Shown here: positions 1-8,071 of the stretch, piece by piece | Layout of the letters: every line of letters begins with the position of its first letter | How positions within the stretch are numbered: position 1 is the stretch's first letter | Assembly: GCA_026391215.1 (NCBI GenBank) | Contig: JAPLDX010000010.1 | Location: forward strand, 1-16,626 | From: Bacteroidia bacterium | GTDB taxonomy: Bacteria; Bacteroidota; Bacteroidia; Bacteroidales; VadinHA17 | DNA length: 16,626 nt | Reading direction: 5' to 3' | Notes under the pieces: generated by a model | Told to the model about the DNA's origin: nothing | Databases searched by the model: none | What the model saw: only the letters and a program-made list of their open reading frames with translations | Made by a program: the position numbers and the translations under genes

Positions 1-1329
1 AAATGCAAAATTCTGCACTTTTACCAAAGGGGCCATTTCAATTGTCTGCAGTGCTTCAGTCAGGTATCCATAGTACGTTGTCTTAAAGACGGACCAGTCC
101 TGATCTGTCATATCCCTGGGATAACCATTGGCAACTATAAGGTCCTTATCCCCGTCGTTGTCATAATCAGCAAACAGGGGTGACCAGCTCCATTCGGTTG
201 CCTGTATTCCCATCATCTGGCCCACCTCGCTGTAGGGAAGCATTTCACCGTTCATAAAGCCGTTATGAAGGTGGAGCATGTTCCTTACATACTGGTGTTC
301 AAAATTATATAGAGAATCAACCTGATAATGTAAATAGCCAAAGCCGGCTATCGTTTGTTTTCTTTTAGAATAATATTCGGGCAGCATATCAAGAGTGAAC
401 ATATCAGGGTTCCCATCATTATTGACATCAGCCATATCATTGCCCATGGAGGATCTTGACTGGTACGAAAAGTATTTCCTGATCTCGTTGCGAAAGGTTC
501 CGTCTCCCTGGTTAATATAAAGCAGGTCGTTGGTTATGAAGTCATTTGAAACATAAATATCAGGATACCCATCCTTGTTAACATCGCCCATTGCCAGTCC
601 AAGGCCAAATCCTTCATATTTAATTCCTGCCGGGATGGTAACATTAGTGAATTTCCTGTTTCCTTCATTACGATACAGCCTGTCATTATTGACTGCACTT
701 CCGTCTGTTATTCTTACCGCGAGTGAAGTGCTCATCCGCTGATTTACGGTGTTATTCAGAACATAAAGGTCAAGGTCGCCATCGTTGTCGTAATCAAAAA
801 ATGCCGCACCGGTTGATTGTCCGTCTTCTGCAATTCCGTATTCTTCAGCCATTTCCACATAAAATGGATCGCCATTTTCTCTGGTCCCCTTATTTACCCA
901 CAGCCTGTTTTTACATTTCTTTGGGTCCGGATTTGTAGTAGATGTAAGGTAGACATCCAGTTTTCTGTCGCTGTTTATATCGACAAGTGTTACACTGCTG
1001 TACCACTGATCATTTGTGAGCCCTTCAAAATTTGATGTAATGTCCCTGAATCTGAAATTGCCTTCATTAAGATATATCCGTGAAGAGACCTGGTTCCCTG
1101 CGAAAATTATGTCAGGTAGCCCGTCGTTGTTCAGGTCGCCTATTCCGACTCCTGCACCGTTATATATATATTCATAAGTAATTACATTAAAACTGTCAGA
1201 CTCTGATATTGTATTCTTAAAATCAATTCCGGTTTTTGAAGAATCCATCAGCCTGAATTTTGTCGAATCTTTACAGGAGGCAAATAATAAGGCTATTAAT
1301 AAAAGCGACGGCAGGAATAATTTTCTCAT
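1..1329 (-). CDS. VCBS/FG-GAP repeat lipoprotein (ASPIC/UnbV-type), C-terminal part beyond the left window edge
   Basis: Absent from the ORF track because it has no stop in the window. Hand translation from ATG at 1329 gives MRKLFLPSLLLIALLFASC-KDSTKF (lipobox FASC), TGIDFKNTI, YIYNGAGVGIGDLNNDGLPDI, further DxNxDG/DYDNDGD repeats, ending ...EMAPLVKVQNFAF at base 1 (443 codons). Confidence 0.9.
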   Translation of the reverse strand, partial: MRKLFLPSLLLIALLFASCKDSTKFRLMDSSKTGIDFKNTISESDSFNVITYEYIYNGAGVGIGDLNNDGLPDIIFAGNQVSSRIYLNEGNFRFRDITSNFEGLTNDQWYSSVTLVDINSDRKLDVYLTSTTNPDPKKCKNRLWVNKGTRENGDPFYVEMAEEYGIAEDGQSTGAAFFDYDNDGDLDLYVLNNTVNQRMSTSLAVRITDGSAVNNDRLYRNEGNRKFTNVTIPAGIKYEGFGLGLAMGDVNKDGYPDIYVSNDFITNDLLYINQGDGTFRNEIRKYFSYQSRSSMGNDMADVNNDGNPDMFTLDMLPEYYSKRKQTIAGFGYLHYQVDSLYNFEHQYVRNMLHLHNGFMNGEMLPYSEVGQMMGIQATEWSWSPLFADYDNDGDKDLIVANGYPRDMTDQDWSVFKTTYYGYLTEALQTIEMAPLVKVQNFAF

Positions 1330-1366
1330 GTTATAGATCGGTTAGGATAAAATCTTTAAAATCGGG

Positions 1367-1397
1367 TAAAAATAGAAAAAAAGAAGAGGATAGCAAA
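1367..1397 (-). promoter_or_regulatory. Candidate Bacteroidota sigma70 promoter for the VCBS gene
   Basis: Minus strand reads TTTG (1397-1394), a 19-nt spacer, then TATTTTTA (1374-1367); one mismatch to TTTG-N19-21-TAnnTTTG. Confidence 0.4.
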
Positions 1398-1400
1398 AAA

Positions 1401-1516
1401 CATATGTACTCATCACAAAAGCCCTCTCTTTGCTGAGTTTTGTATCACGTACCCACCCCCTTTATCCCCACTGAGTCCCGAGTACTCGGGACTCAGTGCA
1501 GGCTCTCCCTGCTTCG
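1401..1516 (+). repeat. Two degenerate, truncated tandem copies of the REP-like repeat
   Basis: 1403-1437 TATGTACTCATCACAAAAGCCCTCTCTTTGCTGAG and 1446-1516 CACGTACCCACCCCCTTTATCCCC[insert]CTCTCCCTGCTTCG resemble the 5' half of the repeats at 1525-1575 and 2046-2096. Both lack the 3' hairpin arm. Confidence 0.6.
1469..1498. repeat. Perfect 30-bp palindrome with no loop
   Basis: CACTGAGTCCCGAGT|ACTCGGGACTCAGTG is its own reverse complement. Confidence 0.95.
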
Positions 1517-1524
1517 TTTTATCA

Positions 1525-1575
1525 CATGTACTCACCCCCCCAGCCCCCCTCTCTACTGAAGTATAGAGGGGGGAG
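1525..1575 (+). repeat. REP-like hairpin repeat, left arm of the inverted pair flanking the DUF559 gene
   Basis: CATGTACTCACCCCCCCAG-CCCCCCTCTCTAC-TGAA-GTATAGAGGGGGG-AG: 13-bp stem with one mismatch and a TGAA loop; inverted copy at 2046-2096. Confidence 0.9.
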
Positions 1576-1600
1576 TTATTTCTGGCTATATATTTGATTT

Positions 1601-1990
1601 CTAGATTATTTGATCAAGGAATTGTCTAATCTTGTTAAGTACTTTTTCCGTATTTTCTAATTCCTCATTCCTGATTCTTAGTACATGAATACCTATTTCT
1701 TCCAGCTCTGAATCTCTGAACTCATCATATTCATCTGTTTTATCATGAATAGGACCATCCAGTTCTAATACAGCTTTCTTTTCAAAACAAAAGAAATCGG
1801 CAATGAAGTAATTATACCTTTTCAGATTACCCTTATAAAGGATAACATGCTGCCTTAGGAATTTGTATCCTGATAGTTTTCTTCCTCTCAGTTCGTTCCA
1901 AATTAATTTCTCAGACTCAGTCATATTGATCCTGAGTTCCCTTGCTTGTCTTTCTATCCCAGCAAAATCAAATTTTTTAATCTTAGACAT
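1601..1990 (-). CDS. DUF559 family endonuclease-domain protein (Vsr-like, PD-(D/E)xK fold)
   Basis: Motifs ARELRINMTESEKLIWNELR, YKFLRQH, FIADFFC, LELDGPIH, YDEFRD, GIHVLRIRN match the DUF559 pattern. ATG at 1990 is preferred to the GTG at 2005 used by the track because a promoter-like element ends at 2010. Confidence 0.9.
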   Translation of the reverse strand: MSKIKKFDFAGIERQARELRINMTESEKLIWNELRGRKLSGYKFLRQHVILYKGNLKRYNYFIADFFCFEKKAVLELDGPIHDKTDEYDEFRDSELEEIGIHVLRIRNEELENTEKVLNKIRQFLDQII

Positions 1991-2009
1991 ACTTATAGAA
2001 TCCACAGCC

Positions 2010-2041
2010 TAAATATATAAATATCAATCCTTTATTACAAA
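2010..2041 (-). promoter_or_regulatory. Candidate promoter for the DUF559 gene, inside the inverted repeats
   Basis: Minus strand: TTTG (2041-2038), 20-nt spacer, TATATTTA (2017-2010); one mismatch to the Bacteroidota consensus. Confidence 0.45.
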
Positions 2042-2045
2042 TCTC

Positions 2046-2096
2046 CTCCCCCTCTTTACTTCAGTAGAGAGGGGGATAAGAGGGGGTGAGTACATG
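2046..2096 (-). repeat. REP-like hairpin repeat, right arm of the inverted pair
   Basis: Reverse complement CATGTACTCACCCCC-TCTTAT-CCCCCTCTCTACTGAAGTA-A-AGAGGGGG-AG shares identical blocks of 15, 19 and 8 nt with 1525-1575. Confidence 0.9.
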
Positions 2097-2100
2097 CAAC

Positions 2101-2130
2101 AAAAAAAGGGGCTTTTCACAAGCCCCTTTT
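2101..2130 (-). terminator. Rho-independent terminator of susCD (possibly bidirectional)
   Basis: Minus strand AAAAGGGGCTT-GTGAA-AAGCCCC-TTTTTTT, beginning 26 nt after the susD stop. Confidence 0.85.
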
Positions 2131-2156
2131 GAATTAATTATCAGTAAATCCTGATC

Positions 2157-3911
2157 TTATCTGTTCTGAACCAGAACACCAGGCATCAGGTCGAGCTGAC
2201 GCTGAGGTATCGGGAAAGTAACATCTTCAGGACCAACAACTGCAGCTCCCTGCAGGTACATTGACCCATTTTTGCCCCATGGTGTGGTTGTTTCATAGGC
2301 AAGAACCCTGTTAAGTTCAGCTACCGTAATTCCCCACCTGTTAAGGTCGAAATACCTGTGGCCTTCCATTCCGAGTTCAAGTTTTCTTTCCATGTACAGA
2401 GCTTTGCGTGCATTAGCCTGCGTGTCAAAAGGATATCCGGATGTTGGATACTCATTAATAACGTAGTTTGCAGCATTTGTTACACCATCGGCTTCTTTAA
2501 CCCATCCTGCAGGAATGGCAGCCCTGGCACGAACAAGGTTGACATTTATACGTGCATTAGTCAGGTCGTTGGTTTCAATCTGGCATTCTGCAAGAAGCAG
2601 GAGAACATCAGCAAAGCGGATCATACGATAACCATTTGCGGTCAATCCGTTGGTCCAGTTGGTGATATCGGTAAGAACTCTTTCCTGGGATTTCTTGTAA
2701 ACCTGTTTCTTGTTTGAATATGGCCCGGCATAAGTCTGGTCACGAACCCAGTCTGAGCCCGTAACGATTCCCCAGTCAAAATAAGGGATACCTCTTCTTC
2801 CAACTGCCCAGTCAAGTCTCGGGTCCAGTTCTCCAGCATCCTCAACAAAAGGATCGGCAAAATTTAGTCCCTGGTCACTCTTCACAGGATCAAGATTATA
2901 TGTTCCGTCAAGCAGTGGTAATCCACCGACAGTTCTGAATGAATTCACGAATTCCTGAGTAGGCTGGAAGAATCCGCAGCATCCGCCCGGAGAGCCGCCG
3001 CCCTTGTAAGGGAAATTCAGGATCAGGCCGTATCCTGCGTTATATCCGCCACTACCGTCATTTACGGAATACTGAACTGTATAAACATTTTCCGATACGT
3101 TCCTGTTTTCAATCACCCATAGATCACCGTAGTTTGGATAAAGTGCAAGTTTGTCACCCACTGAGTTTGTTCCGCTGGTTTTTACCTCTTGCAGAAGTGT
3201 AAGTGCACCAGCATAGTCATGGTTCATCTGCATCATTGCTTTTGCAAGGATCACCTGGCTTACGGTTTTGTTAAATCTTCCGATCTGCTCCATGTCATTC
3301 GGCAGTTTTGTCCCTTCTGTCATATCATCGAGAATTTTCTGCCTGATATCCGCTGTATTAGCAGTGGCCTTAGCATCAGTTTTTTCATCAATATATGGCA
3401 CTTTTTCCCACATTCTCCATGCTTCAAAATGGTACCATCCGCGAAGCGCTCTTGCCTGCATGATTAAATTGTCTGCCTTGTCCTGTGTAAGTTTGCCGTC
3501 TGCGACAGCCTTGTTGGCAACAAGAATAACATTATTGCACCTGGAAACAGCCTCATAAACCTCTCTCCACTTTGTATTAAGGTAAGGATTGGTAGATGTT
3601 TCCGTAAAGCTCTGCATCGGATTGATATCCGGCTGGTCGCCGGCATCCGTCCCTTTGTTTGCTATCATTCCCCTGATATCGCCATATACCCAGTTTTCAG
3701 ATGCTGAATTCCATGAGTAGTCATTGCCAAGACCATCGAGCACAGCATAGGCTCCTATCAGCAGGCCATTGACGCCGGTTTCGGTTCCCATCACAGATGC
3801 ATCAAGAGCCCCGTTCGGAGTGATATTAAGGAAGTCTTCTTTGCATGCACCCACTATTCCAAGTACAGCAATTATTACAATCAGTAAAATATGATTCTTT
3901 TTCATATTCAT
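2157..3911 (-). CDS. susD: RagB/SusD family nutrient-uptake outer-membrane lipoprotein
   Basis: Lipobox VLGIVGAC-KEDFL; ARALRGWYHF, IRFADVLLLLAE, VNLVRARA, ERKLELGMEGHRYFDLNRWG, FPIPQRQLD; 19 nt downstream of the susC-like gene. Start may be 3905. The symbol denotes family, not orthology. Confidence 0.93.
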   Translation of the reverse strand: MNMKKNHILLIVIIAVLGIVGACKEDFLNITPNGALDASVMGTETGVNGLLIGAYAVLDGLGNDYSWNSASENWVYGDIRGMIANKGTDAGDQPDINPMQSFTETSTNPYLNTKWREVYEAVSRCNNVILVANKAVADGKLTQDKADNLIMQARALRGWYHFEAWRMWEKVPYIDEKTDAKATANTADIRQKILDDMTEGTKLPNDMEQIGRFNKTVSQVILAKAMMQMNHDYAGALTLLQEVKTSGTNSVGDKLALYPNYGDLWVIENRNVSENVYTVQYSVNDGSGGYNAGYGLILNFPYKGGGSPGGCCGFFQPTQEFVNSFRTVGGLPLLDGTYNLDPVKSDQGLNFADPFVEDAGELDPRLDWAVGRRGIPYFDWGIVTGSDWVRDQTYAGPYSNKKQVYKKSQERVLTDITNWTNGLTANGYRMIRFADVLLLLAECQIETNDLTNARINVNLVRARAAIPAGWVKEADGVTNAANYVINEYPTSGYPFDTQANARKALYMERKLELGMEGHRYFDLNRWGITVAELNRVLAYETTTPWGKNGSMYLQGAAVVGPEDVTFPIPQRQLDLMPGVLVQNR

Positions 3912-3930
3912 AGTATATTAATATTATTAG

Positions 3931-6900
3931 TTAAAGGACAAAATTAAGTCCGAAGATTACTTGCTTGACATTTGGATAGCGACCTGTGTCAGAACCGAAT
4001 GCGCGGTCGTCCCCTCCAAGTTCAGGATCCAGTCCGGAATACTTGCTGATCGTGAAGAGATTAACGGTCTGTACATAAACCCTCAGAGATTTCACATTGA
4101 TCTTATTCAACAGACTTGCCGGCAGTGTATAGCCAAGCTGCAGATTTTTCATCCTCAGGTAGGAGCCCTTCTCCATATAGTAGCTGCAAACCTGTGTGTT
4201 GGTTGAGAAGTTGGATGAGTTTGTAGCCATAGGAACATCCGTATTGGTCCTGTCAGGAGTCCAGCTATCATAAAGCAGTCTTTTACCCTTCTGCCCCTGG
4301 AATGAAGGCCAGAAATCGATCCACCACTTGTTCCAGTTGAAGATGTCATTCCCCTGTGAGCCATACATGTATGTGTTCAGGTCTAATCCCTTATAGTTAA
4401 ATGTAAGGTTAAGCCCGTAAGTGAAAGCCGGGTTGGGATCGCCTATGAATGTCCTGTCGGCAGTGGTTATTGCACCATCACCGTTAACATCCTCATACCT
4501 GAAGAATCCGGGAGCTGCACCATCTTGTGTGGGAGCTTCAGCCACTTCAGCGTCACTCTGGAATAATCCCATTACGTTGTAGCCAAAGAATGCTGACATC
4601 GGGTGTCCGACCATGTTCCTGTTGGCTTCATTAATCCTGGTAGTTCCACCTCCCTGGTCAAAGTAATTTACACCTTCAGCAATCTTTGTTATCTCATTTT
4701 TATATGTTGTCAATTCGGCATTTGCATTAAAGCCAAGATCGCCAAAGTTATCCCTGTAGCCAAGCTCAAAGTCAAAACCTGAGTTCTTCATCTCAGCAAT
4801 ATTAATATAAGGTGATGTTGCTGTTCCTGCCTGTCCGGGATTTTCGAGCTGATATAAAAGATCCTTGGTCTGTTTGAGGTACCAGTCAAGTACAAAATTA
4901 AACTTATCGTTTAGGAAAGCTCCTTCAACACCAATATCAGTTGTAACGTTGGTTTCCCATTTTGCATCAGCATTACCGACACGTGTCGGGCGGAATCCCT
5001 GTGTTGATCCTGTCATTGCTCCTGCTATGTCATAATATGATGTAGCTGCTTCACCTCCGTACAGGTTGAACTGGTTCGCGGTCGAAAGGGCCATTTGGTT
5101 ACCCATCATACCCCATGAACCTCTTATTTTCAGATCTGAAAGAAATGAGAGGCTTTCGAGGAATGGCTCGTCGCCAATACGCCATGCAGCTGAAAATGCC
5201 GGGAAAATACCATAGCGGGTATCAGGTCCGAACTTTGATGAACCATCACGGCGGACAGTGGCGCTTAACAGGTACTTGTTCCTGAAACCATAGTCAACTT
5301 TTCCAAATATGGATACCAGTGCAGTAGGTGTATAATAGCTGGAATTTGCATAGTTAACAGAGGCTCCGTTTGTCAGTGTACGATAACTGAGGTCATTTGA
5401 GAAATAGCCGCCTCTTTGTGCTGCCAGTTCACGACCCATACCGGTTTTAATTGCTTCATATCCGGCAACTGCAGTTATCTTATGATCTCCGAATACCTTA
5501 TCATAGGTAAGCTGGTTCGTCCAGATCCAGTTGGAGCCCCAGTATGCATTTTCGCCGTAGCTGGCAGTATTGGTATTTTCAGCATTTTCGTATGTAGCAA
5601 AGTTGAAGCCAACACCATATCCGGAATAGAATCCGCCTCCAAAGCTTGATCTGAAGTTCAATCCGTTAAGGATCTTTATATCAAGATACATATTACCCAG
5701 TACATTAATGCTCTGATCCCAGTTATCCTTACCTCTTGTAAGGCCTGCAAGCGTATTGGTGCTGTTCCCGAGCCTTCCGGCAATTCCGGTGCCGCCCCAG
5801 TCGCCTGCTTTCCATGTACGTGTTGCACCTACATAGTCATCACCTGTCCACACTGCAGGTATTATTGATTGTAACCTGTAACCTGATGCGTTGATTGCGC
5901 TGTTTTCGCCATCGATATTTGCACCATTGCCTCTTTGGTATGCCACCGTCAGATTCTCTCCTATCTTCACCCTGTCTTTCAGGATAGTGAATTCAGAATT
6001 GAACCGTCCTCTGGCTCTTTTAGAATAGTTATATTTTACAATTCCATCTTCATCGAGATAGCCAAAACCTGCAAAAAACTTTGCTCTGTCTGTACCACTC
6101 GAAAAGGTAAGGTCATGATTTGTCTTTATCGCATTGTCGGTTACTTCATCGTACCAGTCGGTGCTTTTTCCAGAATACCAGACCGGCATTGTGGGGCTTG
6201 CCTGGGATGAAGGCCCGTAAACCGGGTGTGTTTCAGTTATACCGTCATTGGCATAAACAAGCCATTGAAGCTGTGCATATTCTTCAGCAGTCAGGAGGTC
6301 TGGTGTAGGACCTACTCCCGGCAACTGTACACCTGTGTACATGTCATAGGTCACCTTGACACCTGAAGAACCTCTCTTGGTATTAACAACGATAACACCG
6401 TTTGATGCTCTTGATCCGTAGACCGAAGCGGCACCAGCGTCTTTCAGTACAACCATTGTTTCAACGTCGTTCGGGTTCAGGTAAGAAATATCAGTGGTAG
6501 GAACACCGTCAACGATGTAGAGCGGATCATTTTCCTCAAATGATGAGAATCCCCTGATCCGTACTTTTGCTGCCTGACCCGGTCTTCCGTCCCCGAGTAC
6601 TGTAACGCCTGATGCACGTCCCTGAAGCTGGCTCGTCAGCTGGCCTGTAGGAATAGCGGTCAGTTCAGCTGTTTCAACAACGCCTACTGAACCGGTAAGA
6701 TCCCTCTTTCTTTGTGTGGAATAACCTGTGACCACAACTTCCTGGAGGGCCAGTACATCTGAAACGAGGGTTAGATCTATTACTGCCTGTGAACCGACTG
6801 CAACTTGCTGTGTTACATAACCGATAGATGAAAACAAAAGTACTGATGTTGGACCCGGCACTTTCAAAGTGTAGACTCCGTTTACATCAGATATTGCTCC

Positions 6901-7062
6901 GATCGTAGTTCCCTGGACCGTAACGTTTACGCCCGGCAGAGGTCCATCCTCAGCAGAAACTCTCCCGGTGATGGTCCTTTCCTGGCCGTACAAAAGACCA
7001 ACAGAAAGAACCATGCTGAATACAAACAGCGCAACGCGCCGCACATTGGTAGAAATTTGCAT
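3931..7062 (-). CDS. susC: SusC/RagA family TonB-dependent transporter
   Basis: N-terminal CarboxypepD_reg-like segment (LPGVNVTVQGT), EVVVTGY, plug motifs DPLYIVDG and LKDAGAASVYGSRASNGVIVVNTKRG, barrel motifs RRDGSSKFG and KWET, C-terminal GLNFVL. ATG at 7062 is preferred to TTG at 7068. The symbol denotes family only. Confidence 0.95.
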   Translation of the reverse strand: MQISTNVRRVALFVFSMVLSVGLLYGQERTITGRVSAEDGPLPGVNVTVQGTTIGAISDVNGVYTLKVPGPTSVLLFSSIGYVTQQVAVGSQAVIDLTLVSDVLALQEVVVTGYSTQRKRDLTGSVGVVETAELTAIPTGQLTSQLQGRASGVTVLGDGRPGQAAKVRIRGFSSFEENDPLYIVDGVPTTDISYLNPNDVETMVVLKDAGAASVYGSRASNGVIVVNTKRGSSGVKVTYDMYTGVQLPGVGPTPDLLTAEEYAQLQWLVYANDGITETHPVYGPSSQASPTMPVWYSGKSTDWYDEVTDNAIKTNHDLTFSSGTDRAKFFAGFGYLDEDGIVKYNYSKRARGRFNSEFTILKDRVKIGENLTVAYQRGNGANIDGENSAINASGYRLQSIIPAVWTGDDYVGATRTWKAGDWGGTGIAGRLGNSTNTLAGLTRGKDNWDQSINVLGNMYLDIKILNGLNFRSSFGGGFYSGYGVGFNFATYENAENTNTASYGENAYWGSNWIWTNQLTYDKVFGDHKITAVAGYEAIKTGMGRELAAQRGGYFSNDLSYRTLTNGASVNYANSSYYTPTALVSIFGKVDYGFRNKYLLSATVRRDGSSKFGPDTRYGIFPAFSAAWRIGDEPFLESLSFLSDLKIRGSWGMMGNQMALSTANQFNLYGGEAATSYYDIAGAMTGSTQGFRPTRVGNADAKWETNVTTDIGVEGAFLNDKFNFVLDWYLKQTKDLLYQLENPGQAGTATSPYINIAEMKNSGFDFELGYRDNFGDLGFNANAELTTYKNEITKIAEGVNYFDQGGGTTRINEANRNMVGHPMSAFFGYNVMGLFQSDAEVAEAPTQDGAAPGFFRYEDVNGDGAITTADRTFIGDPNPAFTYGLNLTFNYKGLDLNTYMYGSQGNDIFNWNKWWIDFWPSFQGQKGKRLLYDSWTPDRTNTDVPMATNSSNFSTNTQVCSYYMEKGSYLRMKNLQLGYTLPASLLNKINVKSLRVYVQTVNLFTISKYSGLDPELGGDDRAFGSDTGRYPNVKQVIFGLNFVL

Positions 7063-7128
7063 AGTCAAATTTTTTAAGGTTAGTTAGGTTCTAATATCAA
7101 ATTTTAGCAATCTTCCGCTAAAATCTAT

Positions 7129-7161
7129 CAAAGATAAGAAAATTTAATTCTTACAAGCAAG
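7129..7161 (-). promoter_or_regulatory. Candidate sigma70 promoter of susCD
   Basis: Perfect -7 element TATCTTTG (7136-7129) with CTTG (7161-7158) 21 nt upstream; implies a 5' UTR of about 60 nt. Confidence 0.65.
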
Positions 7162-7354
7162 AGGCAAACAAATTTTTTATGTAAAAAATTTCAATCTGCC
7201 TGATCATTGATGACAAATTATTGCATATAAGTACATTACATTACTGAAAACCCATTTTTTAGGTTTCTCCATAGCGATAAAATTCTTTAAATTACTTCGG
7301 ATTTGATTGAAAACCTGGCAGAAATTGCATAAAAGTTTCAACTTCACTTTTCTA

Positions 7355-7386
7355 TTTGCATGCTGATACTATGTTTATTACTTTTG
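7355..7386 (+). promoter_or_regulatory. Sigma70 promoter of the two-component operon
   Basis: TTTG (7355-7358), 20-nt spacer, TACTTTTG (7379-7386): exact Bacteroidota consensus, ending 6 nt before the ATG at 7393. Confidence 0.7.
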
Positions 7387-7392
7387 ACAATT

Positions 7393-8070
7393 ATGAAGAT
7401 ATTGATAGTTGAAGATGAACCCAAAGTGGCTTCATTTATAAAAAAGGGACTTGAGGAAAACCATTTTGAGGCAGATACCGCTTATGACGGATTATCTGCA
7501 GAGAAGCTTGCCCGTCAATATAAATACGACCTCTATATTCTTGATCTCATAATCCCGGGCATCAGCGGTCTTGATCTTTGCAGGAAGCTTAAAGTATTGA
7601 ATCCGAATACCCCCGTACTGATGCTTACAGCACTGGGTACTACTGATGATAAGCTTGCCGGTTTCGATGCGGGTGCGGATGATTACCTTGTCAAACCTTT
7701 TGAATTCAGGGAGCTGCTTGCCAGGGTAAAAGTTCTTCTGAAGAAAATCAATCAGCCTCTTGAAACAGTTAACAGGCTTGTTGCAGGTGACCTGGAACTT
7801 GATCTTGATAAAAAAACTGCCCGGAGGGGAAGCACACTTATTGACCTGACCGCCAGGGAGTTTTCCTTGCTTGAATACTTCATGAGGAACAGCGGGCGGG
7901 TGCTTTCACGAAACGACATTGCCGAAAAAGTATGGGATGTGAATTTTGATTTCGGCACAAATATCGTTGACGTATATGTTAACTTCCTGAGAAAAAAAAT
8001 TGACAAGGGATTTGATAAGAAGCTGATACATACTAAAATTGGATTCGGATATATTTTTGGAGAATTCTAA
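7393..8070 (+). CDS. OmpR/PhoB family response regulator (CusR/CzcR/ArlR-like)
   Basis: MKILIVEDE, phospho-acceptor region ILDLIIPG, LMLTA, GADDYLVKPF, winged helix LTAREFSLL...VDVYVNFLRKK...HTKIGFGY. Start moved from 7360 to 7393, the canonical receiver N-terminus, downstream of the promoter. Confidence 0.95.
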   Translation: MKILIVEDEPKVASFIKKGLEENHFEADTAYDGLSAEKLARQYKYDLYILDLIIPGISGLDLCRKLKVLNPNTPVLMLTALGTTDDKLAGFDAGADDYLVKPFEFRELLARVKVLLKKINQPLETVNRLVAGDLELDLDKKTARRGSTLIDLTAREFSLLEYFMRNSGRVLSRNDIAEKVWDVNFDFGTNIVDVYVNFLRKKIDKGFDKKLIHTKIGFGYIFGEF

Positions 8071-8071
8071 T

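Noticed and set aside
1401-1575. CRISPR array interpretation of the tandem repeats
   Set aside because: Copies are degenerate with irregular spacing, there are no uniform spacers, and no cas gene is in the window.
1525-2096. Classical insertion sequence with terminal inverted repeats
   Set aside because: The enclosed protein has no DDE or HUH motif, and the flanks (TTTTATCA / CAACAAAA) show no target-site duplication.
7360-8071. Longer starts given by the ORF track for the regulator (7360) and kinase (8039)
   Set aside because: 7360 lies inside the predicted promoter and adds a non-receiver extension; 8039 is a TTG overlapping the regulator, whereas ATG 8072 is positioned for translational coupling.
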